Assembly (NCBI GenBank): GCA_965249725.1
Contig: CBDFMQ010000002.1
Coordinates: forward strand, 800,001-864,000
Direction: 5' to 3'
From: Longimicrobiales bacterium
GTDB lineage: Bacteria > Gemmatimonadota > Gemmatimonadetes > Longimicrobiales > Gaopeijiaceae
Length of the DNA stretch: 64,000 nt
Of this stretch, positions 33,418 through 44,900 are shown in pieces; the first letter of the stretch is position 1, and every line of letters begins with the position of its first letter. The notes under the pieces were generated by a model. That model had not been told where the DNA came from. It saw only the letters and a program-made list of their open reading frames with translations, and did no database searches. A program made the position numbers and the translations under genes.

Positions 33418-34328
33418 GCGGACTGGTCACAGTTGATGTCGTCAGTCGCGTATGGGCGGCCGAGCAGCAAGAGTTGGCCGAAATGGGCAAGCGCCACGGC
33501 GAGGACTACGTCCTCACCACGTGTGTGCCGTCTCTGGGCGACTGGGTGTATCAAGTGACACCGGGCGCGATCCCGCTGGGCAAGCTCGCGGTTGTCGGGG
33601 GAAGGACCGGAAACAACAAGACGCGATTGCTCTGGAACCTCGCAGCCGACTTCATCCAACAGGCGGTCAATGTTGGCTTCTTGAGCCTTGAGATCGACGC
33701 GGCGGAGGCAACACCGGCCATCTGGTCGATCCTCACCAACGTGCCAACAAAGCACATCTCTCTGGGTCGCTCCTTCGATTCCCAAGAAGTGAAACGGGTC
33801 CGTGAAACGATCGAGCGGGAGACACGGGCGGGATCGTGGGGGCGACTGCTGACCAACCAGAAGTCCGCTCCTCTTACCACCCTCGACGACGCTCTCGGCT
33901 GGATGGCGACCATGAACTCGACGGCCGGAGTCAGCGTCTTCCTGATCGACTACTTCCAACTTCTGAGTCCCGAGAGCGATACACGCCACTTCGGTGCCCT
34001 CAAGGATGCGGTACATCGGATCGTGAGCTTCATCGAGGCCACGGGCTCCCTAGTAATCGTGGCGAGCCAGTTCAATCGCCAAAGCTCCGCACCCAAGCTC
34101 CGCCCGACCATCGAGAGTCTCGACAGTTGTCCATTGCTATCCAAACAAGCCCACTTCGGGTGGCTGCTTGATCACACTAGGCGTCAGGACGACGGGCACA
34201 TTACTCGGACGTGGTTGCTGGTGGACAAGAATCGACACGGTCGCAGTGGAGACATCCCGATCGAGATCGACTATCGCACGCACCGCATCCGACAGGGTCT
34301 ACCGGACGAGGAGGAGTCCTGGCCATGA
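33414..34328 (+). CDS. DnaB-like SF4 helicase motor domain
   Basis: VVGGRTGNNKT, FLSLE, LIDYFQLL, VASQFNR, VDKNRHG; ATGA-coupled to the initiator. Confidence 0.85.
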   Translation: MSGLVTVDVVSRVWAAEQQELAEMGKRHGEDYVLTTCVPSLGDWVYQVTPGAIPLGKLAVVGGRTGNNKTRLLWNLAADFIQQAVNVGFLSLEIDAAEATPAIWSILTNVPTKHISLGRSFDSQEVKRVRETIERETRAGSWGRLLTNQKSAPLTTLDDALGWMATMNSTAGVSVFLIDYFQLLSPESDTRHFGALKDAVHRIVSFIEATGSLVIVASQFNRQSSAPKLRPTIESLDSCPLLSKQAHFGWLLDHTRRQDDGHITRTWLLVDKNRHGRSGDIPIEIDYRTHRIRQGLPDEEESWP

Positions 34329-34741
34329 CGGTCTTTGGGGATAAGGGCGAACTGGAGCTTGAACTACTGGCCATCGCCCTTCTGGACCGGGACTGCGCTC
34401 GGCTCGTGTGCGGGATCTGTGATCTCGCGTCCTGGGATAATTACATCGCCTTCGCAGCCATCGAACAGATCGCGAAGCACGGAAGCATCCTCGATGAGCA
34501 CCTAGCCGAGTCTCTCTATGTGCGGATGGCGCCAGACCGGAGTCTCGCCTCAATAACCTCCGAGCAAGTGGACCAACTCTGCTGGACTCACAACGCCATC
34601 AGGATGGCAGAGCAGTTCTGCACAGTCATGCAGGTCACCAGACGAAAAGGGTACACGGACATCCGAGCGACCCTGGTGACCATCCTCAAGGCGAACCTGG
34701 AGACACTCAAACAGGATACCGACAGTGGAGAGGCCGACTGA
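34325..34741 (+). CDS. Hypothetical protein, possibly a stand-alone DnaB N-terminal-like domain
   Basis: ATGA-coupled; E..LL...LLD.D....V and AF.AI..I...G..LD pattern. Confidence 0.55.
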   Translation: MTVFGDKGELELELLAIALLDRDCARLVCGICDLASWDNYIAFAAIEQIAKHGSILDEHLAESLYVRMAPDRSLASITSEQVDQLCWTHNAIRMAEQFCTVMQVTRRKGYTDIRATLVTILKANLETLKQDTDSGEAD

Positions 34742-34778
34742 TCGGCCGAATCGATACTCACCGGCATGGAGACTTGAA

Positions 34779-35024
34779 ATGAGACAGGAGCACTTCGTCG
34801 TGACAGTCGCGGGCACCGTTGTCGTCGACACGAAGGTAGCCGTCATGGCGAAGTCGAGTGAGGAGGCCGGTAGGATTGCCGTGGAGGGGGTCGAATGTGA
34901 TTTGGAGAAGTGGCTGCACTCGTCAGACTTCTATGAAGCCCCGACCGTGGTCGATGTCAGTGAGGGGACATGGGATGATCTACAGTGCGCTGACCAGCAG
35001 CATCTGCTTGGTCCGCAGCAATGA
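34779..35024 (+). CDS. Small acidic hypothetical phage-like protein
   Basis: GGAG RBS + ATG, V.AKSSEEA..IA motif. Confidence 0.5.
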   Translation: MRQEHFVVTVAGTVVVDTKVAVMAKSSEEAGRIAVEGVECDLEKWLHSSDFYEAPTVVDVSEGTWDDLQCADQQHLLGPQQ

Positions 35025-35177
35025 GGATGACAGTCGCACGGCGTAGGACCCGCTGATAGTGGACAATGAGTCGTAGCAGGGGAGCACGGCAGCAAGGCAC
35101 TGAAGGGGAGTTGGTATCGTGCACATCCACCGACACCACAAGCTTACCGTGGCCGCATACTCGGGCCAGCGCATCCG

Positions 35178-35468
35178 ATGAGGCTCTCGGATAGGCTCAG
35201 GCGCATGATTGACGGCATCCCCACGGGTGCCATGATTGCATTGCCTGTAGACACCGTGCGGGAGTGGCTCAAGGAGAATGGAAGCGGGCTCGATCCTGAC
35301 CTCACCGTCGAGGAAGTGGCGACTTCCTTCAATCGCTCGCCAGTGACGGTGCGCGGATGGATTCGCGACGGACAGATACGCGCCTATCGGTTGGGCCGGG
35401 AATACCGGATCACGGAATCTGCGGTGGAGGAGTTTCAACAGCAGCAGAGGAGCACAGAGAGGGAGTAG
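35178..35468 (+). CDS. Excisionase-like (MerR-type HTH) DNA-binding protein
   Basis: LTVEEVA.....SPVTVRGWIRDGQIRAYRLGREYRI. Confidence 0.85.
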   Translation: MRLSDRLRRMIDGIPTGAMIALPVDTVREWLKENGSGLDPDLTVEEVATSFNRSPVTVRGWIRDGQIRAYRLGREYRITESAVEEFQQQQRSTERE

Positions 35469-35600
35469 CCCGCCCCGGTGCGAATCGCCAGTCCATCTAC
35501 GTACTCTCCATACCTGTGCTACGTATTGCTCCGTATCAAAGCAGCGCCGGGCCGGGGCCATCTTTCGTGCAGACAATCACACTGCAGAATGGGGTGCATC

Positions 35601-36014
35601 ATGAGACGCATCGTCGCCTTCTCGCTGTTGATCACGCTCCTTCCTTCTCTCACCGCGTGTGGGACCAAATATCTCGCTCCGCTCCCGCATCGGGATGCTG
35701 CTCTCGATTTTGGCAGCGAGCCCGTCGGTGGCGTCGTCTTGGTCACGGGCGATACGGTGACGTTCCTCAGAGACCCGCCAGCACGGCTAGTCAACGACAC
35801 GATTTACGCCCGGCTTTCGGGTTCTGACTATTACCGCGTTAGCCTCACAGATGTGGAGTCGATTCTCGTCATGAGATTCGACCTGGACGAGGAGAGTGAG
35901 ACCAATGAAGCCCTTGTCGTGGCCGCTGCTTTGGGAGGTGTGCTTGTCGCCCTGCTGGCAAGCGGCTTCCTCGATTATGACCTCCCGGACTTTGGGAAGC
36001 TGAATATCAACTGA
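35601..36014 (+). CDS. Small lipoprotein with C-terminal hydrophobic helix
   Basis: MRR + hydrophobic core + LTAC lipobox. Confidence 0.65.
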   Translation: MRRIVAFSLLITLLPSLTACGTKYLAPLPHRDAALDFGSEPVGGVVLVTGDTVTFLRDPPARLVNDTIYARLSGSDYYRVSLTDVESILVMRFDLDEESETNEALVVAAALGGVLVALLASGFLDYDLPDFGKLNIN

Positions 36015-36120
36015 CCAGTAACAACCACAGTAACAGCGCACACGATTGCGGGTGATCGCCCACGAGCGTCTGACCCAGCAAACAAGCGCCCATGAGCGCG
36101 AGTGAGCGTCCATCCAGGTT

Positions 36121-36162
36121 CTTCTAATCCGTAGGTCGCAGGTTCGAGTCCTGCCGGGCGCG
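36121..36162 (+). mobile_element. att site: 3' half of tRNA-Arg(TCT)
   Basis: CTTCTAATCCGTAGGTCGCAGGTTCGAGTCCTGCCGGGCGCG = anticodon loop, T arm and acceptor 3' strand; no 5' half upstream. Confidence 0.85.
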
Positions 36163-36373
36163 TTAAGCAGGACAAGGGTTCTCGGCCTCCCGGGCATTCC
36201 CGGGGGGCCGGTCCCGTGCGGGACCCGTTCATCAGAGGCGTTGGCGCATGACTCCTAACTCCGCGCCTCCTTGCCGGCCTGGGACGTGACACGCATAATC
36301 GATTACGCGACGGCCCTTGGGCCATGAGGCCCTCCGCCTGCTTCGGCCGCCGCGTCAGGAGGAGGGTTAATCT

Positions 36374-36601
36374 ATGCCCACGGCGACCACGCGATTCACG
36401 AATGAGAAGGCCCCTTGCGGTCAGGTCGGAGACGGAGAGCGCTTTCGTGATTGGGACGACGAGTGCGTGCTCAGAGACGACTTGTTCTTCGACTGCGGCT
36501 GCCGGATTATCCGCCACGAGTATCACGACGGAAGCGTTTCCCGCAGTGTGGTCCGCCACTACGGTACAGTCCTGGAAGACGAGCTTATTGGCGCGCAATA
36601 A
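36374..36601 (+). CDS. Small hypothetical protein upstream of frdA
   Basis: Strong GGAGGAGG RBS, ends 21 bp before frdA, CGC and His residues. Confidence 0.6.
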   Translation: MPTATTRFTNEKAPCGQVGDGERFRDWDDECVLRDDLFFDCGCRIIRHEYHDGSVSRSVVRHYGTVLEDELIGAQ

Positions 36602-36622
36602 GGCTCGATTCCGGGTCGCGTC

Positions 36623-38362
36623 GTGATCGCCTCTCATGACGTAGTACTGGTGGGGGGCGGCGGAGCGGGATTGCGAGCGGCCATCGCCATCGCGGAAACC
36701 AACTCAAACCTCAGCATCGCCGTCGTCTCCAAGGTTTATCCCATGCGCAGCCACACGGTGTCGGCGGAGGGGGGAGCTGCGGGGGTAGTGGCCGCGGACG
36801 ACTCCCTCGACGAGCACGCCTACGACACCATCTCCGGTGGCGATTGGATGTGCGACCAAGACGCCGTCGACGCGTTCGTGAGAGAGGCGCCCGACGAGCT
36901 GCTCCGGTTGGAGCACTGGGGCTGTCCCTGGAGCCGCACGCCCGAGGGCACAGTTGCCGTGCGTCCGTTCGGCGGCATGAAGAACAAACGAACGTGGTAC
37001 GCGGCCGACAAAACCGGCTTCCACATGCTCCACACGCTGTTCCAAACCTCACTCAAATACACGAACGTCGTACGCTACGACGAGTGGTTCGTGACGAAGC
37101 TCCTGGTCGATGATGGCCGGGTACAAGGCGTCGTGGCGCTGGAGCTGATGTCTGGAAGGGTCGAGCCGATTCTGGCCAAGGCCGTCATTCTGTGCACGGG
37201 CGGGTGCGGCCGCGTGTTTCCGTTCACCACCAACGCGAGCATCAAGACCGGCGACGGCATGGCGTTGGCCTACACGGCCGGCGCCCCGCTAAAGGACATG
37301 GAGTTCGTCCAGTATCACCCGACGGGCCTCCCGTTCACCGGCATCCTGATCACCGAGGCCTCGCGGGCCGAGGGAGGCTGGCTGCTCAACAAAGACGGCT
37401 ACCGCTACCTGCAGGACTACGACCTGGGCACACCGGAGCCGAAGCCGGTTCTAAAAAGCATGGAGTTGGGACCTCGGGACCGTCTGTCCCAGGCCTTCGT
37501 CAAAGAGGTGGAGAAGGGGCGGGCCGTCGACGGCCCCTACGGCGCGGTGGTCCACCTCGACCTGCGGCATCTGGGTAAGAAGGTCATCGACACGAAGATC
37601 CCGTTCGTGCGGGAGCTGTGTCGGAAATACCAGAATATCGATCCGGTCACGGAGTTGATTCCGGTGCGGCCGGTCATCCATTACATGATGGGGGGGGTCC
37701 ACACCGACATCGAGGGTGCCACCCCTCTGGCCGGCCTGTACGCGGCCGGTGAGGTTGCGTGCGTGAACATCAACGGCGCAAACCGCCTGGGGTCCAACTC
37801 CCTGACGGAGCTGCTCGTGTTCGGCGCGCGCGCCGGCCGTGCAGCGGCGGAGTATGCGTCCACCCGGACGGATCCGAGCTCCATCCTTCTGGCGCAGGCA
37901 GAGGACGAAAAACGGCGTTTGGAGCGCGACTTCCTGCACAAGACGGATGGCACGGAACGCTCCGCGACGATTCGCGAGGAGATGCAGGAGACCATGGAGC
38001 AGGGTGCGGGCATCTATCGCTCGGGTGCGGGACTGACCCGGGCGGCCGACCGGCTGCGCGAGCTGCAGGAGCGCTTTCGTAACGTGGCCGTGCAGGATAA
38101 CAGCCGGACGTTCAACACGGAGCTGACCTCCGTCTTGGAGCTGTCCGCCATGCTCGACGTTGCCGAGTCGATGATCCACTCCGCGTTTTGGCGCGAGGAG
38201 TCCCGGGGCGCACACCAAAGGACCGACTTCACCGACCGTGACGACGAGCGCTTCCTGGCGCACTCGCTCACCTATCGTAATTCTGACGGCTCCTCGAGGG
38301 TCGAGTCCCTGCCGGTGACGATCACCCGGTGGCCCCCTGCTGAGCGAGTTTACGGGAGGTAG
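36623..38362 (+). CDS. frdA: Fumarate reductase flavoprotein subunit
   Basis: [17 protein letters not shown] (covalent FAD), [27 protein letters not shown]. Confidence 0.95.
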   Translation: MIASHDVVLVGGGGAGLRAAIAIAETNSNLSIAVVSKVYPMRSHTVSAEGGAAGVVAADDSLDEHAYDTISGGDWMCDQDAVDAFVREAPDELLRLEHWGCPWSRTPEGTVAVRPFGGMKNKRTWYAADKTGFHMLHTLFQTSLKYTNVVRYDEWFVTKLLVDDGRVQGVVALELMSGRVEPILAKAVILCTGGCGRVFPFTTNASIKTGDGMALAYTAGAPLKDMEFVQYHPTGLPFTGILITEASRAEGGWLLNKDGYRYLQDYDLGTPEPKPVLKSMELGPRDRLSQAFVKEVEKGRAVDGPYGAVVHLDLRHLGKKVIDTKIPFVRELCRKYQNIDPVTELIPVRPVIHYMMGGVHTDIEGATPLAGLYAAGEVACVNINGANRLGSNSLTELLVFGARAGRAAAEYASTRTDPSSILLAQAEDEKRRLERDFLHKTDGTERSATIREEMQETMEQGAGIYRSGAGLTRAADRLRELQERFRNVAVQDNSRTFNTELTSVLELSAMLDVAESMIHSAFWREESRGAHQRTDFTDRDDERFLAHSLTYRNSDGSSRVESLPVTITRWPPAERVYGR

Positions 38363-38367
38363 TAGCT

Positions 38368-39111
38368 GTGGATGAGCGTATCACCATGCGGCTGGCGCGG
38401 TACCGGCCTGAAGAGGAAGTCGAGCCGACGTTCGAGGAATACGAGGTACCGTGCCACAAGGACTGGGTGGTGCTCGACGCTCTGAACTACATCAAGGACC
38501 AGCTGGACGGCACCGTGTCGTACCGTTGGTCGTGTCGCATGGGCATCTGCGGTAGTTGCGGCATGACCGTCAACGGAGAGCCGAAGCTCACGTGCGAGAC
38601 GTTCCTCACCGACTACGCGCCGGGCCCGGTGCGTCTCGAGCCGCTGCAGAATTTCCCCGTCGTCCGGGACCTCATCGTCGAGACGACGGACTTCATGGAA
38701 AAGCTGACGACGATCAAGCCCTGGATCGTGCGCGACGAGGAACGGCCTCTGGCCGAAGGAGAGTACAGGCAGACGCCGGACGAGCTGAGCGAGTACAAGC
38801 AATACAGCATGTGCATCAACTGCATGCTGTGCTACGCCGCCTGCCCCGTGTACGGCCTCGACCCCCATTTCCTCGGGCCGGCCGCGATTGCGCTGGCCCA
38901 GCGGTACAATCTCGACTCGCGCGATGAGGGATCCGCTGAGCGCATGGACCTTCTCTCCCAGCACGAGGGAATCTGGGGTTGCACCTTCGTGGGCGAGTGT
39001 ACGAAGGTCTGTCCGAAGAACGTCGACCCCGCCGGCGCCATTCAGCGCTACAAGCTGGATGCGGCACTGACCTCGCTCAAAGGTTTGCTCATGCCGTGGG
39101 GCACCAAATGA
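38368..39111 (+). CDS. frdB: Fumarate reductase iron-sulfur subunit
   Basis: [34 protein letters not shown]. Confidence 0.95.
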   Translation: MDERITMRLARYRPEEEVEPTFEEYEVPCHKDWVVLDALNYIKDQLDGTVSYRWSCRMGICGSCGMTVNGEPKLTCETFLTDYAPGPVRLEPLQNFPVVRDLIVETTDFMEKLTTIKPWIVRDEERPLAEGEYRQTPDELSEYKQYSMCINCMLCYAACPVYGLDPHFLGPAAIALAQRYNLDSRDEGSAERMDLLSQHEGIWGCTFVGECTKVCPKNVDPAGAIQRYKLDAALTSLKGLLMPWGTK

Positions 39112-39530
39112 GCGAACAACCGACGTACACGAACTACCACCCGCGCTGGTATCGTCCGCGGATTTCCACCTGGTGGTGGTTGAAGCGCTGGTCCTCGCTC
39201 GCGTTCATCCTGCGTGAGATGAGCAGCATCTTCGTGGCGTGGTTCGTCGTCTTCTTTCTGATGCTGGTCGCTGCGGTGGGGCGTGGCGACGCGGCCTACC
39301 AGGAGTTCACGCGTTGGGCCGCGCACCCGGGCGTTGTGGTCGGCAACCTCGTCAGCCTGTTCTTCGTCGTATTCCACGCCGTCACGTGGTTCAACCTGGC
39401 GCCCCGGGCGATGGTCGTGCGCATGCGAGGCAAGCGGGTGCCGGGCAAGTTGATCGCTGCCTCCAACTACGGGGCGTGGGTGGTGACGTCTCTCCTGGTG
39501 GCGTGGATCATCCTCGCCGGGTCGAGGTAG
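39108..39530 (+). CDS. frdC: Fumarate reductase membrane anchor C
   Basis: WW.K....[15 protein letters not shown]. Confidence 0.9.
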   Translation: MSEQPTYTNYHPRWYRPRISTWWWLKRWSSLAFILREMSSIFVAWFVVFFLMLVAAVGRGDAAYQEFTRWAAHPGVVVGNLVSLFFVVFHAVTWFNLAPRAMVVRMRGKRVPGKLIAASNYGAWVVTSLLVAWIILAGSR

Positions 39531-39532
39531 CG

Positions 39533-39886
39533 ATGGTCAGGCGAACGCTCGAGCCGATCTTGTGGATTCTCTTCAGCGCCGGTGGTGTGGTGGCCGCTTT
39601 GGTGATCCCGGTCCTGCTGTTCCTGTTCGGCCTCGCCTTCCCCCTCGGCTGGCTCTCGCCCCCCAGCCATGCCCACTTGCTTGCAGTGTTGGGTCACCCG
39701 ATTGGGCGTGCTACGATATTCGTCTCGTGCACGCTGTTATTGTTTCACTGGGCGCACCGCTTTCGCTACACATTGTACGACGGGTTGCAGACGAAGCACC
39801 TGAACGAGTTGATCGCCCTGCTGTGTTACGGGGGCGTGCTCGTCGGTACCGTTTCTGCAGGGTATCTCGTCCTTCAGCTTCCGTAG
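39533..39886 (+). CDS. frdD: Fumarate reductase membrane anchor D
   Basis: EP..W.LFSAGG..AA, FHWAHR, LCYG. Confidence 0.9.
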   Translation: MVRRTLEPILWILFSAGGVVAALVIPVLLFLFGLAFPLGWLSPPSHAHLLAVLGHPIGRATIFVSCTLLLFHWAHRFRYTLYDGLQTKHLNELIALLCYGGVLVGTVSAGYLVLQLP

Positions 39887-40257
39887 CCATGCCCGATCCC
39901 GGGACTGACCATGTGGGCCCGTGGGATCAGGGCTGCCGGGTATCGCCTTAGCAATTTGGACCGCGCCGATCCTCATTTCGTTTGTCGTCGGAGCCGTCAT
40001 CATCCAATCCCCCCTGCTCCTTCCCGTCATTTTGGCCCTCGGCGTTGGAGTCGCCCACACGATCTGGTCCGGTACGGCAAAGTTCTTTCGCCGTCGAACG
40101 GCGCGGCTCCGGGAGGAGATCGCGTTATTTCTGGACGACTGATCGGCCCACGGATGACCTCAGGCTATATGGCCACCTCCTTGTTTCGTGGCGGCGATTG
40201 CCAGTTGGCTACCGGCGTGGCCCCCGTCTAGGGCGCTTCGTCAAGACTGACGGTGCA

Positions 40258-41010
40258 CTATCGCTCCAGACGGGCGAAGAAGCCTCCCGACGCGAATTGG
40301 CCGTTCCGCACTCTGAAGACGAGGGAGTTGTCTCCTTTGCGCAGTCGGATCGGGCGCTTGCGTCCTTCACGGGCCGGATTCTTCCAGAAGTCGTGCCAGG
40401 CATTCCAGTCGGGGTGAAGGTAGCCATTCCTGTAGGTGTAGTCGGCGAACCGGCCGTTCAGCCATAGTGCCAACTCGTCCGTGGTGCTGATGTGGAGCAC
40501 AGCGGTGGTGTCCCGCTCCGCGTGGACGGTCGTTCGGAAGTAGGTCACTGAGCGTGGTCCCTTGAACTCGGTGATCCGCCCCGTGACGACGGCGCCACGT
40601 GCATCCACGGGGAACGGGCGCCACTCGTATTCGACTCCACCTTCTCGGACGGTGGACGGGAGGCCCTGCGCTCGCTCGACGGCTTGGACCGGGGCTCCCA
40701 ACGGACCCAGCGTCTCCCAACTCGTGAGCAGAGAGTCCGGCTCGTATCGAATGTCCGGGATGTTCAGACCCGCGTAACCCAGTCGATCGATAGAAGTTAC
40801 GCGAACGTTGTCGATCCAGACGGGCGCCCCGTCGACCCGGGGTTTGAACCCGACCAGACCAGATGAGCCCTCGAAGAGGTCGAACGTGACTTTCGGAGTA
40901 GACATGTCTCCCACGAATAAGTGGATCATGCTCCCCATGATCTCGGCCTTGAAGTGCTTCCATTCACCGATCCGGATCGCGTCCTCACCCGTTAGCGGGG
41001 TCAGGAACTC
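40258..41010 (-). pseudogene. Hypothetical concanavalin-like/DUF1080-type protein, probably 5'-truncated
   Basis: GEWKHFK.E.....LFV and WIDNVRV beta-sandwich pattern, LWLNG, LRKGDN; the ORF N-terminus (41010-41160) reads as non-coding repeat-like sequence. Confidence 0.5.
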
Positions 41011-41273
41011 CTCGGGGCTTAGCCCCGGGGTCGTTTCTAGTGGTCGGTGTGGATCGAACCTGAAGGTTCGAGCCGAGGCGCCATAGCGGTCTCCCGCGAT
41101 GCGGCCCAGATGACCTTCGCCGAGACGAGCGAGGATCGCCAACGGCGACCGCAGCTCCATCCTGCCGGGCGCTGGTGGCTTAGCTACGCGCAGAAAGCCG
41201 GTGTAGCTAGCAGTCCGCCACCCGGCCCCGTATCCTACCCCTCAGCCACCCCCGCACCTAAGGAGCACAGACC

Positions 41274-41759
41274 ATGCGCCTCGCCCTACTTGCAACCCTC
41301 GCCCTCTCGACCCTCACAGCATGTGCCGCACCCGGCGTCGAAAGCACTGCCGTCGACACCGCGGCGGATGAAGCAGCCGTCCGGGACCTCAACGTTACGT
41401 GGGACGCTGCCTATAACGCGCGTGATCTCGACACGCTCGTCGGGCTCTATGAGACCGATGCGGTGCTCATGGCGCCCAACGTCCCGAGTTCTGTAGGTCA
41501 GGCACAAATCCGCGCCGGTTTCGAGGCCGATTGGGCGGCCAACCCGGCGGGCCCCCTCGAGAATCGGATCGATGCACTTCACCTCTCGGGTGATCTCGCA
41601 ATGGCGAGGGGCAGCGGTGGAGCCATGATGACTCCGACTGATGGCTCGGAACCCTATCAGGACAGCTGGAAGTGGAGTGCTGTCTATCGTCGGCAGGCAG
41701 ACGGATCCTGGCTTACGGTATGGGACATCTGGAATAGTGATCTGGCCGCTCAGCCGTAG
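41274..41759 (+). CDS. NTF2/SnoaL-like (DUF4440) lipoprotein
   Basis: AAGGAG RBS, LTAC lipobox, W..AYNARD....LY..DAVLMAP, RRQADGSW....DIWNS. Confidence 0.88.
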   Translation: MRLALLATLALSTLTACAAPGVESTAVDTAADEAAVRDLNVTWDAAYNARDLDTLVGLYETDAVLMAPNVPSSVGQAQIRAGFEADWAANPAGPLENRIDALHLSGDLAMARGSGGAMMTPTDGSEPYQDSWKWSAVYRRQADGSWLTVWDIWNSDLAAQP

Positions 41760-41925
41760 GCGCTGGGTCAGGCCTTAATGTGTATCGACGGCCGAATCCA
41801 TCGCTGATCGTCATGCGTGGGCGACCGTCCCGTCGGACTAGTCCGGCAGTGGACTCTCTCCAATGAAGAGAGGGGTCGTCCGAAGACGATCCCTCTCTTT
41901 GAACTCTGTCGGCCCCGTTATCACC

Positions 41926-44900
41926 CTAGGGCAGCGGGCAGCTGGCTCCTCCCGCTAGAACGCTGGTGGCGATCGAGACCGACGTTCCGGCAGAGTTATT
42001 TCGACCGGATAGAACGGTTTCGACATCGGATGGCGTGCTCGTCGACGTTCCCAGCCCCACCACGGACACCGAGCTGCTACCCAGTTGTGACAACTGCATA
42101 TCAAACGCGTCCCCCGCCGAGATCATATTCTGAAGCGGCCCCGGCGGCGGTGGGGCTCCCACGTCGAGACACATCGTGGAGCTTTGGGTCCCCGAGAGAA
42201 GCACACCCGTATTGTCGTCGTTCATGTCGAAGTCGTTCATGGTGACGGTCAGGTTCAGGGTCCCGGAAGGAGCCAATCCACTGCCAACGATAGCAGATAG
42301 GCCACTGCCCCCAGGTACACTCCCGTTGGCAAAATCATTGTCGTGAACCCTGATCGTCCCCGTGCCGAGACCGCCGTTGTCGATCTTGATGCCATCCCCA
42401 GAGTTGATATTGTCGAAAGTGTTGGAGGTCACGGACCCGGAGACGCTTGATCCACCAGTGGCGGTTGTCGAGCCGAATATGCCGATTCCTGTCCCGTTTT
42501 CGTCGTTGAAGGAGTTGCCGTCAATCCCGAATACCGTGGAGGCGCCACCGTCTGTACGAGCATCAATCCCGCCCCAGTTTTGGCTGAATGAGTTGCCGCC
42601 CGTGACAGACAGGTTGAGCATCGATGAGCCGTCCGCGAATGTCGCGAGGCCGATTCCCATATGGTCTGAAATGCTGTTGCCCGAGAAGCTCGCCGTGAAG
42701 TTGCTCGTCCCGTTGGACGAGATCTGGATCCCAGGAATGGACGAGCAGTTCGTGTTCGTGGCGATGGTGCTACCAGACACCACGAGACTCGGCGTTCCGA
42801 CTGAAGAACTCGCCAAGAGGTTGGATGCAAAGTTGTTCTGTAGGCTGCTGTTCGTGATCGTGGTTGTCCCGATCGGATCATCGATTGAGATGCCGTTCGA
42901 CCCGTTGTTTGTAATGCCAACGTTGTTGAACGTCAGCCCGTCGACACCATCGGCATTGACCCCGTTCATGTTGGAGGTGGTCACGTCCAGGTTGCTGAAC
43001 GTGATGTTCTGACCGCTGTCTATTTCAATGCCTGCTGCGCCGGAGTTCTGGATTAAGCCGCCCGACCCGGCCGTACCGGTTCCAGTGACCATAAACGGCC
43101 CGCCGGTCACTCCGCTAAGGTTGATTCCGTTCGTGGCTCCATCCGAAGAGACCGACTCGAACGTGACGCCGGTACCACCGATGGTCGTGCCGTCGAGATC
43201 GATCGCGGTTCCGGTGCTTGTGTTGATCGTATTGGTGCCCGTCACATCGAGAGTCCCGCCGCTCGAGGAGTAGAATCCGGTGTTCGGACCGGTGTTCAAG
43301 GCCATGCCACCGTCGAAACGAATCCCCGTCCCTGCGTTGTTCGAGAGGCTGATTCCAGACCCGTTGTCGGTGATCAGGCCGCCGAACTGAACCGATCCCG
43401 GACCACTGTCTTGCACGTTCGCGGAACGGCCGCTGTTGTTGGTGATGGTCCCGTCGAAGCGGAAGTTGCCGTCGAAGTCGACGATGTCGATGCCGGTAGT
43501 GCTAGTGCTGTTCACGGTACCGCCGTCGATCAGCAGATCGCCGCTGACCTCGTCGAGCTGGATGCCCACCACGCATGTATCACAGGTCAACGACATGAGA
43601 TTGATGTCTATGGACGTGTCGTTGATGTCCAGCGCCCTTCTGCTTCCCGATGTCCCAGACGTCATGACAACGGACGTACCGAAGATGTTCACCTGCCCCG
43701 TGAGGTCCGCTCGGATACCGGTGCCATTCGTGAACTCGAGGATGGCATTACTAAACGTGAAGGTGCCGGAATTACTATTTAGGTAGATGCCGCCGTCGCT
43801 ACCCTGGTCGACCTCCACAGACGAGAAGTTCACGTTTGCGGAGGACGATGAGGCCCAGAACGCTTGTCCGTCGTACGTATCGATGGTGCCGTCCGATACC
43901 GTCACCTGGCCACTCTGATTATAGAGGACGACTCCGACCTGACCGTCATCGGCCATGACGGCGACGAACTGGAAATCGACTGGCCCGCTGCCATCTTCGA
44001 TGACGAGCATGCCCGATGGGCGCCCTCCGACCGCGGCTGTTTCCTCGACGTTCACTACCTCGCTGGGAGCGCCGGCTGGTGGCGCGGGGTCGCCCTCTCC
44101 AGTGGCGAGCACGACGTCGCTGTTGAAGTTGATGTCTCCATCGTTGTTGAAGAGGCTGATGCCGACCCCATCGGCGCCCTCGATCGTGCTCCCGTTGAAA
44201 GTGACGGCACCGCCGGTCGTGTTCTGGATTCTCACGGCTTCGCCGTTCTCCGCGAAGATGCCACCCTCGATCAAGTTGGCGACCACCGTGGCGGATCCGC
44301 CTTCGACTCGGAAAGCGTCGCTGCCGTCGCCGTTGATCCCCAGCACTTGGAGATCGTCGAAGGTGAACATCCCTGTTCCACCCCAGACCTCGACGCCGCT
44401 GTAGGAATCCGTCGAAGTAAGGCCTTCGACCATGACGTTGCCGCTCACGCTGGAAAGCTCGACGCCACTGCCGTCGGAGTCCGATGTGATGTCTCCTCGG
44501 AAGCTCGCGGTGCCGCCCGTTGTCCCCCCAATTTCGATGGCGAATTGCGCCGCACCCGAAATCGAACCGTCGAAGTCCACATTCGGACTCCCGTTGCTGA
44601 TCTTAAAGCCGGCCCTCTGCGAGTCGACGATATCGACGTTGAAGAAGTCGAAGTTCCCGGTGGTGTTCAGCAGCTTGACGGAATGGTCCCAGGAGTCCGT
44701 GATGAGAACGTCGAAGACGCTTCCACCGTTGGTGCCATCTGCCGAAATGCCCCTGCTGGTAGGCTCGAAGATGTGAATACCGCCGACCTCGGAGCCGTCC
44801 GCCATGTCGACCGCGTAACCACACCCGTTCGTGATCTTCGGCATGGCTCCAGGAGGGAACACCGGCCCGATGCCGGGGATGTCCAGGCCGACACCTTCAC

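Noticed and set aside
36121..36162. Functional tRNA-Arg gene
   Set aside because: No 5' acceptor strand or D arm upstream; only the 3' half is present.
23836..36162. Integron integrase or phage integrase within the window
   Set aside because: No ORF with tyrosine-recombinase R..H..R/Y motifs found on either strand by inspection.
39921..40142. Small membrane ORF after frdD as a fifth frd subunit
   Set aside because: Its start lies in a terminator-like hairpin and it reads like the 3' remnant of an unrelated gene.
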